Source: Eledone cirrhosa
Taxonomy: Eukaryota
Assembly (NCBI GenBank): GCA_964016885.1
Contig: OZ024744.1
Coordinates: 42,594,001 to 42,658,000, forward strand
Reading direction: 5' to 3'
Length of the DNA: 64,000 bases
Part shown: one piece after another, positions 24,789 to 36,185 of the stretch
How the letters are laid out: every line of letters starts with the position of its first letter
Numbering within the stretch: the stretch's first letter is position 1
The notes under the pieces: generated by a model
Databases searched by the model: none
The model's input: only the letters and a program-made list of their open reading frames with translations
What the model was told of the DNA's origin: nothing
Made by a program: the position numbers and the translations under genes

Positions 24789-25419
24789 AAAATAAATGCA
24801 AAGACCAAAATCCAGCGAGGTCTCGATAAGGATATATATAAGTATATATAAACCTGTAGAGCAACTATTTATTATTACAGGCTTGGTGGAACTTGGCAGC
24901 TATCCCCAAACTACCGAAACACACATCCATTTGTATGTACATGTTATGTATGTACATTTTATGTATATGTTAGACTATAAAGGAAAACCAGGTACACCAC
25001 AGACACGTCAGACACCACCCACTTGCTTCAAGGCCATCCCCATGACACCCTTCTACAGCAGTACAATGTTTGTATCCCAGCCCCAACAATCGCCAATGAC
25101 TCCTGAGATAGTGATGTGATAGTGCCATGACAAAAGTACACAGTCTACCTTGTAAGATGGTAGTGCTGATGGCATAACGAAAAGCACCCAGTCCACTCTA
25201 TAAAACTGGAATTGAGGTTTTCTAGGTCCAGTAGATACGTCATATGCTGGTTTTTCACATAGTATTTCTGTGGGAAAGGAATAACTTACATATGAGTATA
25301 GATACAACAAATTGAAATTATTCTCCCCCTCCCATACACCTCCCTTTGAGATAACCATCCCCTCTCCTATTACCTATGCCTGCAATTTCCCAAAACTTCC
25401 TCCGCCCCCTTCCTAGTTG

Positions 25420-25772
25420 CAAGATAAAAGTGCCCAGTCCCCACTGTAAAGTGGTTGTGTCAGCGACATGATAAAAAGTGCCCAGCCCACACTGTAAAGT
25501 GGTTGTGCAGGCAACACAACAAAAAGTGCAAGTCTCCACTGTAAAGTGGTTGTGTCGGCGACATAACAAAAAGCACCCAGCACACACTGTAAATGTGGTT
25601 GACGTTAAGAAGGACATCCAGCTGTAGAAACCAAGTCAAAATCTGCCCTGGGTGAGCTAAACATGGTCCTCTGATTTGATTCTCTTCCTAAGGGTCAACA
25701 CGTCCTACCCATGCTAGCATGAAAGATGGACATTAAACGTTGATGATGATGATGATGATGATGATAATGATG
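25420..25772 (+). mobile_element. RTE-type 3'UTR element with 48-bp subrepeats and (GAT)n tail
   Basis: cacactgtaaagtggttg repeated, catccagctgtagaaacc, catgctagcatg, gatgatgat. Confidence 0.8.
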
Positions 25773-26250
25773 ACATGCATCATAATTTAATGTAAACATA
25801 TATAAGCATTATATTAAGTTGCATTCCAAATACCAGATTAATATCAGAGAAATTAGATATTCTAATAAATCACACCCAATTGTTGAATATTTTCAAAATT
25901 TATTGAAACACATAGATAATGTATCTACTTAATGATAACTAAAGTGTTAAACACAATATATATTTAAATGATAATTTCTAAATTAGGTACAAGGCCAACA
26001 TGTTGCAGAAAGAGAAATAGGTAATTATATGACTGGTACTTAATTTTATTGATGGATGAAGCTAAACTTGACCTTGAAGACATTTGAACTCAGAATGTAA
26101 AGAGCTATAAGTAAATGATGCAAAACATTTTTCAAGACCCTTTTAATGATTTGACAATTCATCACCATGGGTAAACTAAACAGAATTCCTCCATTTTATA
26201 TTAAAAGTATCATTGTATCATGATCATCATCATTGTTTTTATGTCTGTTT

Positions 26251-26467
26251 AAGGGCGGTGGATTGGCAGTATCGGTAGAGGTTCGGACGCCATGCTTTGC
26301 AGCATAGAGTTACGGCCCTTTATGATCTGAGTTCAACTCCCGCCGAGGTTAACTTTGCCTTTCATCCTTACGCGGTCGATAAAATAAAGTACCAGTCACG
26401 CACTGGGGTCGATTTAATCGACTATCCCCTCCCCCAAATTGCAGGCCTTGTGCCTATATAAAAAAAA
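26251..26467 (+). mobile_element. Full-length SINE family A (long variant) with ~20-bp TSD
   Basis: Box A-like tggcagtatcgg, box B-like gagttcaactccc; TSD catt(g/a)tttttatgtctgttt; extra gtcgatttaatcgactatcccctcccc segment absent from the short variant. Confidence 0.92.
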
Positions 26468-26926
26468 CATTATTTTTATGTCTGTTTTTTCAAGCTTGTA
26501 TGGGTTTGAAGGGTTCTCTCTGACACAGCATCTCACCACTTGTTGCATTCTTTTTTTTTTTTTTTTTCAGGTTCAACATGTTAAGATTTGCTTTCACCAC
26601 TCCTGGCTATGTCTTCTACATATCTACATATTCCTTCCACACTATCTGTATTTTTAACCCTTTCAATAACAATCTGCCTGAAACCAGTCATGGTTTCATG
26701 TTTACAATACTATGCATGTTAAAATGTTCACATTTATACCAAAACCTTCAACCATAATTACCATTTATACTTGAATATAAGCTGATCTGAATATAAAAGT
26801 CAAACCCCTCTTTTATATCTGAGAAATAAGCAAAAATTCAAACCCCATTTATAAACGAAGACGGGTAATCAACAAATTATGTTTAGATAGTGCAGTTTTG
26901 AAATTCAGAGTGAAGAATATATGATA

Positions 26927-27445
26927 CTAGCAGTGGTACCCGGCGTTGCACAGGATAAGGTATTGCTAAGCTTAGTATTGCCACAACCACGGCTGGCAAA
27001 GAAGTAAGGGTCTGGTGGTACAACACTGTGGCTTAAAACGTGAGGAAGTTGTGTGCACTTACCAACTGTTTGTGAATGAGTGTGAGATTTGTCTTGAGCA
27101 AGCAGACAGCTAGACATACAGACAGATATTATAAGGGCACGTTCTGGACGCAGAGGGACTTGTAGGAAGTGACGTAATGCAGACAGCCAGACATACAGAC
27201 AGATATTATAAGGGCGCAACGTTATATGTATGTATCTATCTAAAAGAGAAAGACTAAGAATTATAGAGAGATATAGCTAAATCACCTAGGGCATTGAAAA
27301 TTTGAAATTTTTTTGCTCAGAACACTCCCTGAAACATAAGTATGACATGTGTAAAGTTGAAAACAGTCGGTTGGGTGGTTCTCTAGTTTTAGGGATTCAA
27401 ACTCACACACACACAGACAGACATCCTCAGTTTTATATATATAGA
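26927..27445 (-). mobile_element. Non-autonomous Helitron-like element
   Basis: 5' TCTATATATATAAAAC...GTCTGTCTG; 3' hairpin cctgtgcaacgccggg then taccactgCTAG followed by T. Confidence 0.8.
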
Positions 27446-27487
27446 CTAACAGAAAACCACCTGGGGGGGGGGGCGGTTTTCTGCTAG

Positions 27488-27778
27488 TCTATATATCTAA
27501 AACAGAGAATGTCTGTCTGTCTGTCTGTCAGCTCACTAAAACTTGAGAACCATCCAACCGATTGTTTTCAAACTTTAGACATGTAATACTTATGGTCGTG
27601 TGAGTGTTTTGAGCAAAAATTATTTCAAATTTTCAATGCCCTAGGGACTGCATTAGGCGATTTAGCGTTCTCTCTATATATTCTTAGTCTTTCTTTTTCG
27701 ATAGATACATAGATATAACGTTGCGCCCTTATAATATCTGTCTGTATGTCTGGCTGTCTGCATTACGTCATTATGACG
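27488..27778 (+). mobile_element. Second copy of the same Helitron-like family, opposite orientation, 3'-truncated
   Basis: TCTATATATCTAAAACAGAGAATGTCTGTCTG; inverted similarity to 27170-27445. Confidence 0.75.
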
Positions 27779-27779
27779 C

Positions 27780-28009
27780 GCTCAGCGCGATTCCCTCGGC
27801 CTCAGTGACCAAAGTCAGTGGAGAGGGGAAGGTAATGTTTCTGTAGCACGTGTTTTAGCGTCTATTCACTCTCTCTCTCTCCCTCTCTCTCTCCCGCTAT
27901 CCCCCTCTCGTAGTCTGTCTCTTTCTTTCACTCTCACTCTCTCTCTACGCACGTGTTTCCACTGTCGGACAGACAGACAGAGAAATTGCTGGTTATATAT
28001 ATAAGTAGA
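27780..28009 (-). mobile_element. 5' part of a third Helitron-like element
   Basis: Reverse complement a|TCTACTTATATATATAACCAGCAATTTCTCTGTCTGTCTGTCC. Confidence 0.5.
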
Positions 28010-28179
28010 TTACCTGGCCCGTCCGGCTGGCAACAGGCTAGGTATAGCTGCCCCCACCACTCCACTGCAAAGATACCACACACCCTCCCGTGTCACATTG
28101 TCCTTCCGACTTCGTAGCAAAGGGAGGAGCTACCGTAGAAATGAGTTTAAAAAAAAAGAGTTAAGCTGTGTTGTTAATA

Positions 28180-28637
28180 TACATACATGGTGGTGGCTGC
28201 CAACTCGTTTTCGAGTACGGCCACTACTTTATATCCATGTAGGAGAACCCCCTACCGATGCGCTGAACGAGTGTGACTTTTTAGTCCAGCCAGCGACTTG
28301 AAAACTCTGGTACAAACATGACACTTGTGACAATTATTGACACCTAGTGTTGGGCCCATGGCACCATGTGACCCAAGGTGTTGTGTGAGATCACTACTCG
28401 ACCTGCATACCCTTCCACAAACATTACATGTCGTCGTCTGATAAACACTTATAGCTCCACAGGTGCCTGCTTCCCTGTTCTTGTGCACTCTCAGGTGACT
28501 CTTTAGACCTGCCATGCTCAGATTAACCCTATTACAGGACTCACGTGTCAGGTCAGGACGTCTGTCAGTGCCTTCGGGAAGGCCAACATGGATTCCTTTC
28601 CGGACATCTCTTTTTAGTGTCTCGTGCCTTCTTCTTG
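28180..28637 (-). mobile_element. 3' end of a LINE (probably RTE clade) with tandem C2H2 zinc fingers and (ATGT)n tail; runs into the gap
   Basis: CNVCGRVCRSSSDLTQHLGSH and CHVCTRVFKSLAGLKSHTRSAH plus partial AGLKSHLRVH; terminal ctcg-ttttt-cgag-type hairpin before the tail. Confidence 0.75.
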
Positions 28638-28837
28638 NNNNNNNNNNNNNNNNNNNNNNNNNNNNNNNNNNNNNNNNNNNNNNNNNNNNNNNNNNNNNNN
28701 NNNNNNNNNNNNNNNNNNNNNNNNNNNNNNNNNNNNNNNNNNNNNNNNNNNNNNNNNNNNNNNNNNNNNNNNNNNNNNNNNNNNNNNNNNNNNNNNNNNN
28801 NNNNNNNNNNNNNNNNNNNNNNNNNNNNNNNNNNNNN
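28638..28837. other. Assembly gap (200 N)
   Basis: Run of n. Confidence 1.
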
Positions 28838-30025
28838 CATACCTTCTTAAGTCAGAAGCTTAAGCTGGTTGTCTTACTTTGCCTTTCGTCCTTACGGGGT
28901 CGATAAAATAAAGTACCAGTAATAACTGGGTAATTGCTGGCCTTGTGCCTAAAGTAGAAACAATTAATTTAGTTCTTAAAAATTAACTCAAAATATATTT
29001 TAACAATAAAAGTTGGTATGTTCCATAATTTCTGATGGAGTCATAGGTGTGCTGTAGTGGTATATGGCATCTCTTGAGCATTTTAAAGCCTGGCTGAGTC
29101 CATCTCTCTCAGCAGATTTCTTCCAGAGAAGGATAGAGAGTAAGAGAATGGAAGTGAGAAAGAAATATGAAGCAAGAATTGACCCCAGTACTAGACTGAT
29201 ATTTATTTTATTAATCTTGAATGGTTGAAACGCAAAGTTGACCGGAGCGGGATTTGAACTCAGAGAGCAGAGAGTCAAAATGAATTTGGCAAAGCCTTCT
29301 TTTTGATGTTCTAACGACTCTGCTAATTCGTCACTATAAAAGTTACTATAAGAAATTATATATTTCTATTTCTTTTCCTGCGACTTTAATAAATAGCTCA
29401 TTTAAAAAATTATAAGGAAGCTCCTATCACAAAATAAATGTTATACAAAGAATCTGTTGCTTGATTTAACACCACTATGCTTTTAGTGGAATTCACACTC
29501 TGATGCAAGCTTTTTGGACAGGTTTTCGGTTGGAAGATACTTTCCTTACTCATTCCCACCAGTTTTGGAGGCCCTGAAAAGGGTTATGGGCACTACTCTT
29601 CCTTCACTAACTAAAATTCCTTCTCTAACATTGTTTTTCCTTGTGTGATTATCAAAATATCTATATCTGTTATCAGCTCCTGTCGTTTCTCTCAATTTTG
29701 TTTCTTTATATTTGTCAAATACTAAGAAAAATTCCATCGATTTTGCCCTCACTCGAAAATTTGAAAACTATTGGCGTTAGTAATGGACGAATTAACTCCC
29801 TTCGTTAAAAAGAGTATTTATCCTACGAACATTTGCAGAACCTAATTTCGATTTTATTTAACTGAATATATCTCATACATTTTAATTAATATAACAAAAA
29901 TAATTGTTTCATTAAAATATATTCACATATTCATTAATTAATTATCTATTTAGGGGATTTAACAGTCAGTTATTCTTCCTTTAAGTAAAACATTAGATTT
30001 GTAATACAAGGGAGACTATCCGTCA

Positions 30026-30633
30026 TGCTATAATCCTTCCTTCATGTCCTTGGTTTTTCGTTTTATTTTTTTGTTACTTTTTTTGTCATAGTATCGGTCA
30101 CTCTCAGATAGGTTTGGGGTCGAGCCCGTGACAGTGGAGACTTCTGGTGTCCTTGGCCCTATGGCTACCTCCCTGCTCACCCCGATCGGCATAGAGTTGG
30201 CTTGCTGAAGGTGAGTGCCTCGCGAGCTGGAATGGCTTTTCCAGCACGTCTCCCTCACCACCCAACGGAGAAACGCCTTCTCTTTTCTGGCCACCGTGGC
30301 GGCGAGGCGGCCAGTCCACCGCGACTGTGGGGTGGCCAGTCTGCCGCGATCGCGGGGCAGCCAGCGCATGGCCCCACCATTTGCTCACAATTGTGAGTTA
30401 TGGGGATAGCTGAAGAGACTGAGGCAGTGACAGTGGGAGTTTGGTTCTATTGTGTTCGGACCTGGTGTATATATGTGTACATGGGAGAGAATGAGTATTT
30501 GGTAGTATCTACATTTTTTCACTGTATGTCTTGTTTACTGTTGTCATTAATTTATTTCTCTATTAATTATTATGTTGGTAAAACACATCTTTCTTCATAT
30601 TTTAATAAAACCTCTTTATGTAGTATTATAACA
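30026..30633 (+). mobile_element. Possible solo LTR
   Basis: TG...CA ends with imperfect terminal inverted match (tgctataatcc / gtattataaca), GC/CpG-rich interior, AATAAA ~25 bp before the end; no TSD found. Confidence 0.4.
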
Positions 30634-31354
30634 ACTGAGTGAGATAAAATTATCTAAATCAACAAAATGTGAACGATTGTTTGATGTCGAAGATCAGAGG
30701 TTCCCAACTTTTTTGTGTCATCGTCCACTTTCACATGGAAATGTTTTCATCGTCCACCAGTATTCCAAAAATGTTTGGTAAAAGTTTGTTACTGGTTCGT
30801 TATTCTCATTTAGCCTTTTGTTTTTGTTTGTTGCTTTTTTTTCTTTCTAGACATGTTCTTTGCATATTTCTTTTGAATGCTTGTTTGATTGTTTTGTTTT
30901 GTTTTTTGTTGTTTTTGTGTGTTTGTGTGTGTTGGGGGGGGGGGGGTAGCAATGTTGAAATACCTTGTTAACACTCAAAATCTTACATCATCCACCAAAA
31001 TTTCCTATCGCCCACCAATTTCTGTTCAGTTACTTAACGCCCACCCAACAGTTTGTCTTAAATGATACCAGATCCACTGACAACTTAGTAACTTGTTGTC
31101 AGTGAAGGATACTCATTCAGACGTCACTTTCATACATGTATTGAGTGCCTTTTTTAATCCATGCATTGCGAAATGAACAGACCTGCTTTTTGTTGAAGAA
31201 GTTTTTGATTTTAGTTTTTTTGTTCTTTGGGGGGGGGGGGGTCTGCCATTGATCACACTTCTCTTTCTTGCAATTGTTTCTTTAATTTCTCATTCTATTT
31301 TCTGGTGAAGGACACGCATCCATAACGTTAAGATTTCTACTACTTGTCAATAAT

Positions 31355-31560
31355 CATTTCTACTATAGGCACAAGGCCAGCAATTTTGGGAAAGGGGAAA
31401 GTCGTTTAAATCAACTCCAGTGCATTACTGGTGCTTCATTTTATCGACCTCGTAAGGAGGAAAGACAAAGCTAACTTTGGCAGAATTTGAACGCAGACCG
31501 TAAACAACCATAACTCTATGCTGCAAAACATAGTATCTGACGCTTTACTGATACTGGGCG
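31355..31560 (-). mobile_element. SINE family A (long variant), diverged
   Basis: Core motifs. Confidence 0.8.
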
Positions 31561-31874
31561 CTTCGTTATTCCAGTGTCTTTGCCATGCTATCAACTGTGG
31601 TAGTGCTGCAACATTTATTAGAGGAAACTCCATTACCACATGTTGTGGCATGTAATAAAGTGTGCAGGTCTTCTGTCCCATCCCTCCACACCCTTTTTTC
31701 TTTTATTATTTTTCCTTTTCTTTTTTTGTTTAATATGAAAGATTAATGTCTAATTAAGAAATAATAATTATTTGAATAATAAAAGAAAATATAATTTGAT
31801 ATACCCGACCACAGCATGGCTAAGTGATTTCAGATACACTATCACTGTGCAATCCCTTCTACTATAACCCCACT

Positions 31875-31925
31875 ATCATCATAATCACCCTCATCACATA
31901 TCATCATCATCATCAACACGATCAC

Positions 31926-31958
<33 letters not shown>

Positions 31959-32092
31959 TATCACTGCCTTCATCATTACCATCTTCATCATCATAATCAT
32001 CATCATCACCGACATAATTTACACTATCATCATCACCACTATCATTAGTTTTCATCATCATCATCATCATCGACATCATCATCATCATCATC
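31875..32092. repeat. Degenerate (CAT)n microsatellite
   Basis: Direct inspection. Confidence 0.93.
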
Positions 32093-32604
32093 TTAAAAGT
32101 ACAAAGAACCAGAATAAATACAGAGGTATTTAATGTGGCACTTTAAGAACTCTTCCAATTATACAGCTATGGTCTTACGTATAAGTAGTCATGTTCAGAC
32201 AGTACATCAACCGAGGCCCTGGGAGCCAAATAAAGGGGCCCTTGAATATAAGAGCCGTATCCTCTAACACGTCAACAAAGAAATTACCTCAACGCCTTCG
32301 AACTTTGAGTGGAGTCCCACCCCTCCCCACTTCCACCACCACTACCACCCCATTAGCCTAAAAGGAATCTTGTTCTGCCTTGAAAGTTTCTCTTGCCAAT
32401 CGTTACTACCACAGCTTCTCTTTCTTTAAATTAACAATATGTATATCCCTTTGGCATAAACCCCCACCCTAACCCACAAACCCCTTCTTCGTGCTGTATT
32501 TCACTCCATAAATGCAACACTGGAAAACATTACTGAATCATTATTCCACAGAACTGAAGTTTTCTAGAGTTCTCTCCCCTGTCCACATTTTATTTTCCGT
32601 GTAC

Positions 32605-32705
32605 CTGCAGCTGTAAGCTAATCTCAACTACATCTGCTCCATCGACCTTATTTAGTTCAGAGGTCAAAGATGTAGCCGTCATATCCTCTGGCCATCTTTC
32701 TGCAA
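32605..32705 (-). CDS. Candidate internal exon (AERWPEDMTATSLTSELNKVDGADVVEISLQLQ), gene unknown
   Basis: tatttag acceptor, open frame, CAG|gtacac donor; no recognisable homology. Confidence 0.28.
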
Positions 32706-32899
32706 CTAAATATTTTTTTATGTTTTGTAAGGAACAAATATTCAGGCAAATTATAAGCATAATCAAAAGAAAACTAGAGTATTTTTGCCACATGATGTGG
32801 GCTAACAGACTGCTGGTAACAGGGAAATGGCAGAGGGGATAAGGAAGTTGCTGAGACTATGGCTGGATGACATCATTCCTGTCAATATGTATAGAAACT

Positions 32900-35243
32900 G
32901 TGTTGGAAACAAGAGCTCTCCAACTTCTGGAGTTTGGTTCATAAGTACAGAGACAGACTATATTGGAAACAAGAGCTCTCCAGCCTGTGGAGTTTGGTTG
33001 ATAAGTACAGAGACAGACTATATTGGAAACAAGAGCTCTCCAGCCTGTGGAGTTTGGTTGATAAGTACAGAGACAGACTATATTGGAAACAAGAGCTCTC
33101 CAGCCTGTGGAGTTTGGTTCATAAGTACAGAGACAGACTATATTGGAAACAAGAGCTCTCCAGCCTGTGGAGTTTGGTTGATAAGTACAGAGACAGACTA
33201 TATTGGAAACAAGAGCTCTCCAGCCTGTGGAGTTTGGTTGATAAGTACAGAGACAGACTATATTGGAAACAAGAGCTCTCCAGCCTGTGGAGTTTGGTTC
33301 ATAAGTACAGAGACAGACTATATTGGAAACAAGAGCTCTCCAGCCTGTGGAGTTTGGTTGATAAGTACAGAGACAGACTATATTGGAAACAAGAGCTCTC
33401 CAGCCTGTGGAGTTTGGTTCATAAGTACAGAGACAGACTATATTGGAAACAAGAGCTCTCCAGCCTGTGGAGTTTGGTTGATAAGTACAGAGACAGACTA
33501 TATTGGAAACAAGAGCTCTCCAGCCTGTGGAGTTTGGTTCATAAGTACAGAGACAGACTATATTGGAAACAAGAGCTCTCCAGCCTGTGGAGTTTGGTTC
33601 ATAAGTACAGAGACAGACTATATTGGAAACAAGAGCTCTCCAGCCTGTGGAGTTTGGTTGATAAGTACAGAGACAGACTATATTGAAAACAAGAGTTCTC
33701 CAGCCTGTGGAGTTTGGTTGATAAGTACAGAGACAGACTATATTGGAAACAAGAGCTCTCCACCCTGTGGAGTTTGGTTGATAAGTACAGAGACAGACTA
33801 TATTGAAAACAAGAGTTCTCCAGCCTGTGGAGTTTGGTTGATAAGTACAGAGGGAGACTATATTGAAAACAAGAGTTCTCCAGCCTGTGGAGTTTGGTTG
33901 ATAAGTACAGAGACAGACTATATTGAAAACAAGAGCTCTCCAGCCTGTGGAGTCTGGTTGATAAGTACAGAGACAGACTATATTGGAAACAAGAGTTCTC
34001 CAGCCTGTGGAGTTTGGTTGATAAGTACAGAGACAGACTATATTGGAAACAAGAGCTCTCCAGCCTGTGGAGTTTGGTTGATAAGTACAGAGACAGACTA
34101 TATTGGAAACAAGAGCTCTCCAGCCTGTGGAGTTTGGTTCATAAGTACAGAGACAGACTATATTGGAAACAAGAGCTCTCCAGCCTGTGGAGTTTGGTTG
34201 ATAAGTACAGAGACAGACTATATTGGAAACAAGAGCTCTCCAGCCTGTGGAGTTTGGTTCATAAGTACAGAGACAGACTATATTGGAAACAAGAGCTCTC
34301 CAGCCTGTGGAGTTTGGTTGATAAGTACAGAGACAGACTATATTGGAAACAAGAGCTCTCCAGCCTGTGGAGTTTGGTTCATAAGTACAGAGACAGACTA
34401 TATTGGAAACAAGAGCTCTCCAGCCTGTGGAGTTTGGTTGATAAGTACAGAGGGAGACTATATTGGAAACAAGAGCTCTCCAGCCTGTGGAGTTTGGTTG
34501 ATAAGTACAGAGACAGACTATATTGGAAACAAGAGCTCTCCAGCCTGTGGAGTTTGGTTGATAAGTACAGAGACAGACTATATTGAAAACAAGAGTTCTC
34601 CAGCCTGTGGAGTTTGGTTGATAAGTACAGAGACAGACTATATTGGAAACAAGAGCTCTCCACCCTGTGGAGTTTGGTTGATAAGTACAGAGACAGACTA
34701 TATTGAAAACAAGAGTTCTCCAGCCTGTGGAGTTTGGTTGATAAGTACAGAGGGAGACTATATTGAAAACAAGAGTTCTCCAGCCTGTGGAGTTTGGTTG
34801 ATAAGTACAGAGACAGACTATATTGAAAACAAGAGCTCTCCAGCCTGTGGAGTCTGGTTGATAAGTACAGAGACAGACTATATTGGAAACAAGAGTTCTC
34901 CAGCCTGTGGAGTTTGGTTGATAAGTACAGAGACAGACTATATTGAAAACAAGAGTTCTCCAGCCTGTGGAGTTTGGTTGATAAGTACAGAGACAGACTA
35001 TATTGGAAACAAGAGCTCTCCAGCCTGTGGAGTTTGGTTGATAAGTACAGAGGAAGACTACATTGGAAACAAGAGCTCTCCAGCCTGTGGAGTTTGGTTG
35101 ATAAGTACAGAGGGAGACTACATTGAAAACAAGAGCTCTCCAATCTGTGGAGTTTGGTTGATAATTACATAAACAGATTATATCAGAAACAAGAGATTTC
35201 CAACCTCTGGAGTTTGGTTGATAAGTACAAAAACAGACTATAT
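32900..35243. repeat. 60-bp minisatellite, ~39 copies
   Basis: Unit ataagtacagagacagactatattggaaacaagagctctccagcctgtggagtttggttg; homogeneous centre, diverged edges. Confidence 0.98.
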
Positions 35244-35529
35244 TATTATTGTTGTGCCTGCTTTGAATATGCACTTGTAAATTGGGGGAGGACAACTGAA
35301 AGAGAGCACTTGCCCTAGCGATCAGGGTCACTATGGCTGTTTGTGGGCTTTCTCCACAAGTGACCCTCAGAGGTATCTCCCAATTGGGGAATTTGATTTG
35401 TTTGAGTTTTAAAAGTTTATTTATTAAATTTTGTTATAACCTTTTTTTGCACTCAAAACCTCACACTCTATCATCCTGCGCCATCTCTGTTGTTTAATGC
35501 CAGACCTGTGTGACTAATAAAGAAACCAT

Positions 35530-36185
35530 TTTTTTGTTCTTACTTGATTTCCATTTTCAATTAATTTCCATTTCATTTGATTTCCATTCTCTTTTATCTC
35601 CCGGCAGAGTCACAACCAGAGTCCTAAGACACATATACATTAGATAGAGAGAAACTTCTAGAGAATGTGAGCAGCTAAACTCAGCACATTTTTTTTATCC
35701 TTGTAAATTGTTGGTTTCCTGGGATCTGGTCAAAGAATTTGCCAGTAACTTTCTTGGTCATTCTCAGGGCACCCATAACAACAGGGATGATTTGGGTTTT
35801 TTAATTGCCACATCCTAGATATCTCAATCTCAGAGTCCTTGTATTGAAATAGTTTCTCAAATTCTTTTGTTGAGATGTTTCTGTCAGTAAACACCATCAT
35901 ATCAATTAACAGGTATGTTTTTTGTCTTAAGTCTTTGATGAGGATGTCTGGCATGTAAGCATTTATTTGCCTGTCTGTATGTCCTGTAATCCCATAGGAT
36001 GGTAACATCCTCTCTGTCATTGACTGGCTGTGGGTGGCGTTCATATCCGTTCTTAGGGCATGGGATTTTATAGTGATGGCAAATGCTCCAGTGCAAGTAT
36101 TGACCAACTTGATCATGCCTGGTTTTATATTCAGTAGGAGCAAGGACTGTGCAACTGACAACAATGTGGTTAATGCCCTCAAGTT
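35530..36185 (-). mobile_element. R4/Dong-clade 3' fragment (RLE domain + 3'UTR)
   Basis: YMPDILIKD...YLLIDM...EKLFQYKDSEIEISRMW. Confidence 0.8.

Noticed and set aside
26251-26345. tRNA gene
   Set aside because: A/B boxes are present but run into the SINE body with TSDs; no complete cloverleaf seen
28252-28515. Host C2H2 zinc-finger gene
   Set aside because: No TGEKP linkers; followed by a retroelement hairpin and ATGT tail shared with 13075-13255
28514-28906. ORFs spanning X runs
   Set aside because: Artefacts of the 200-N gap
30028-30409. GC-rich ORFs as gag or a host first exon
   Set aside because: Open in several frames because of GC content; no gag or other motif recognised
32900-35243. 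CRISPR-like regular array
   Set aside because: Units are contiguous near-identical 60-mers with no unique spacers; eukaryotic context and no cas genes
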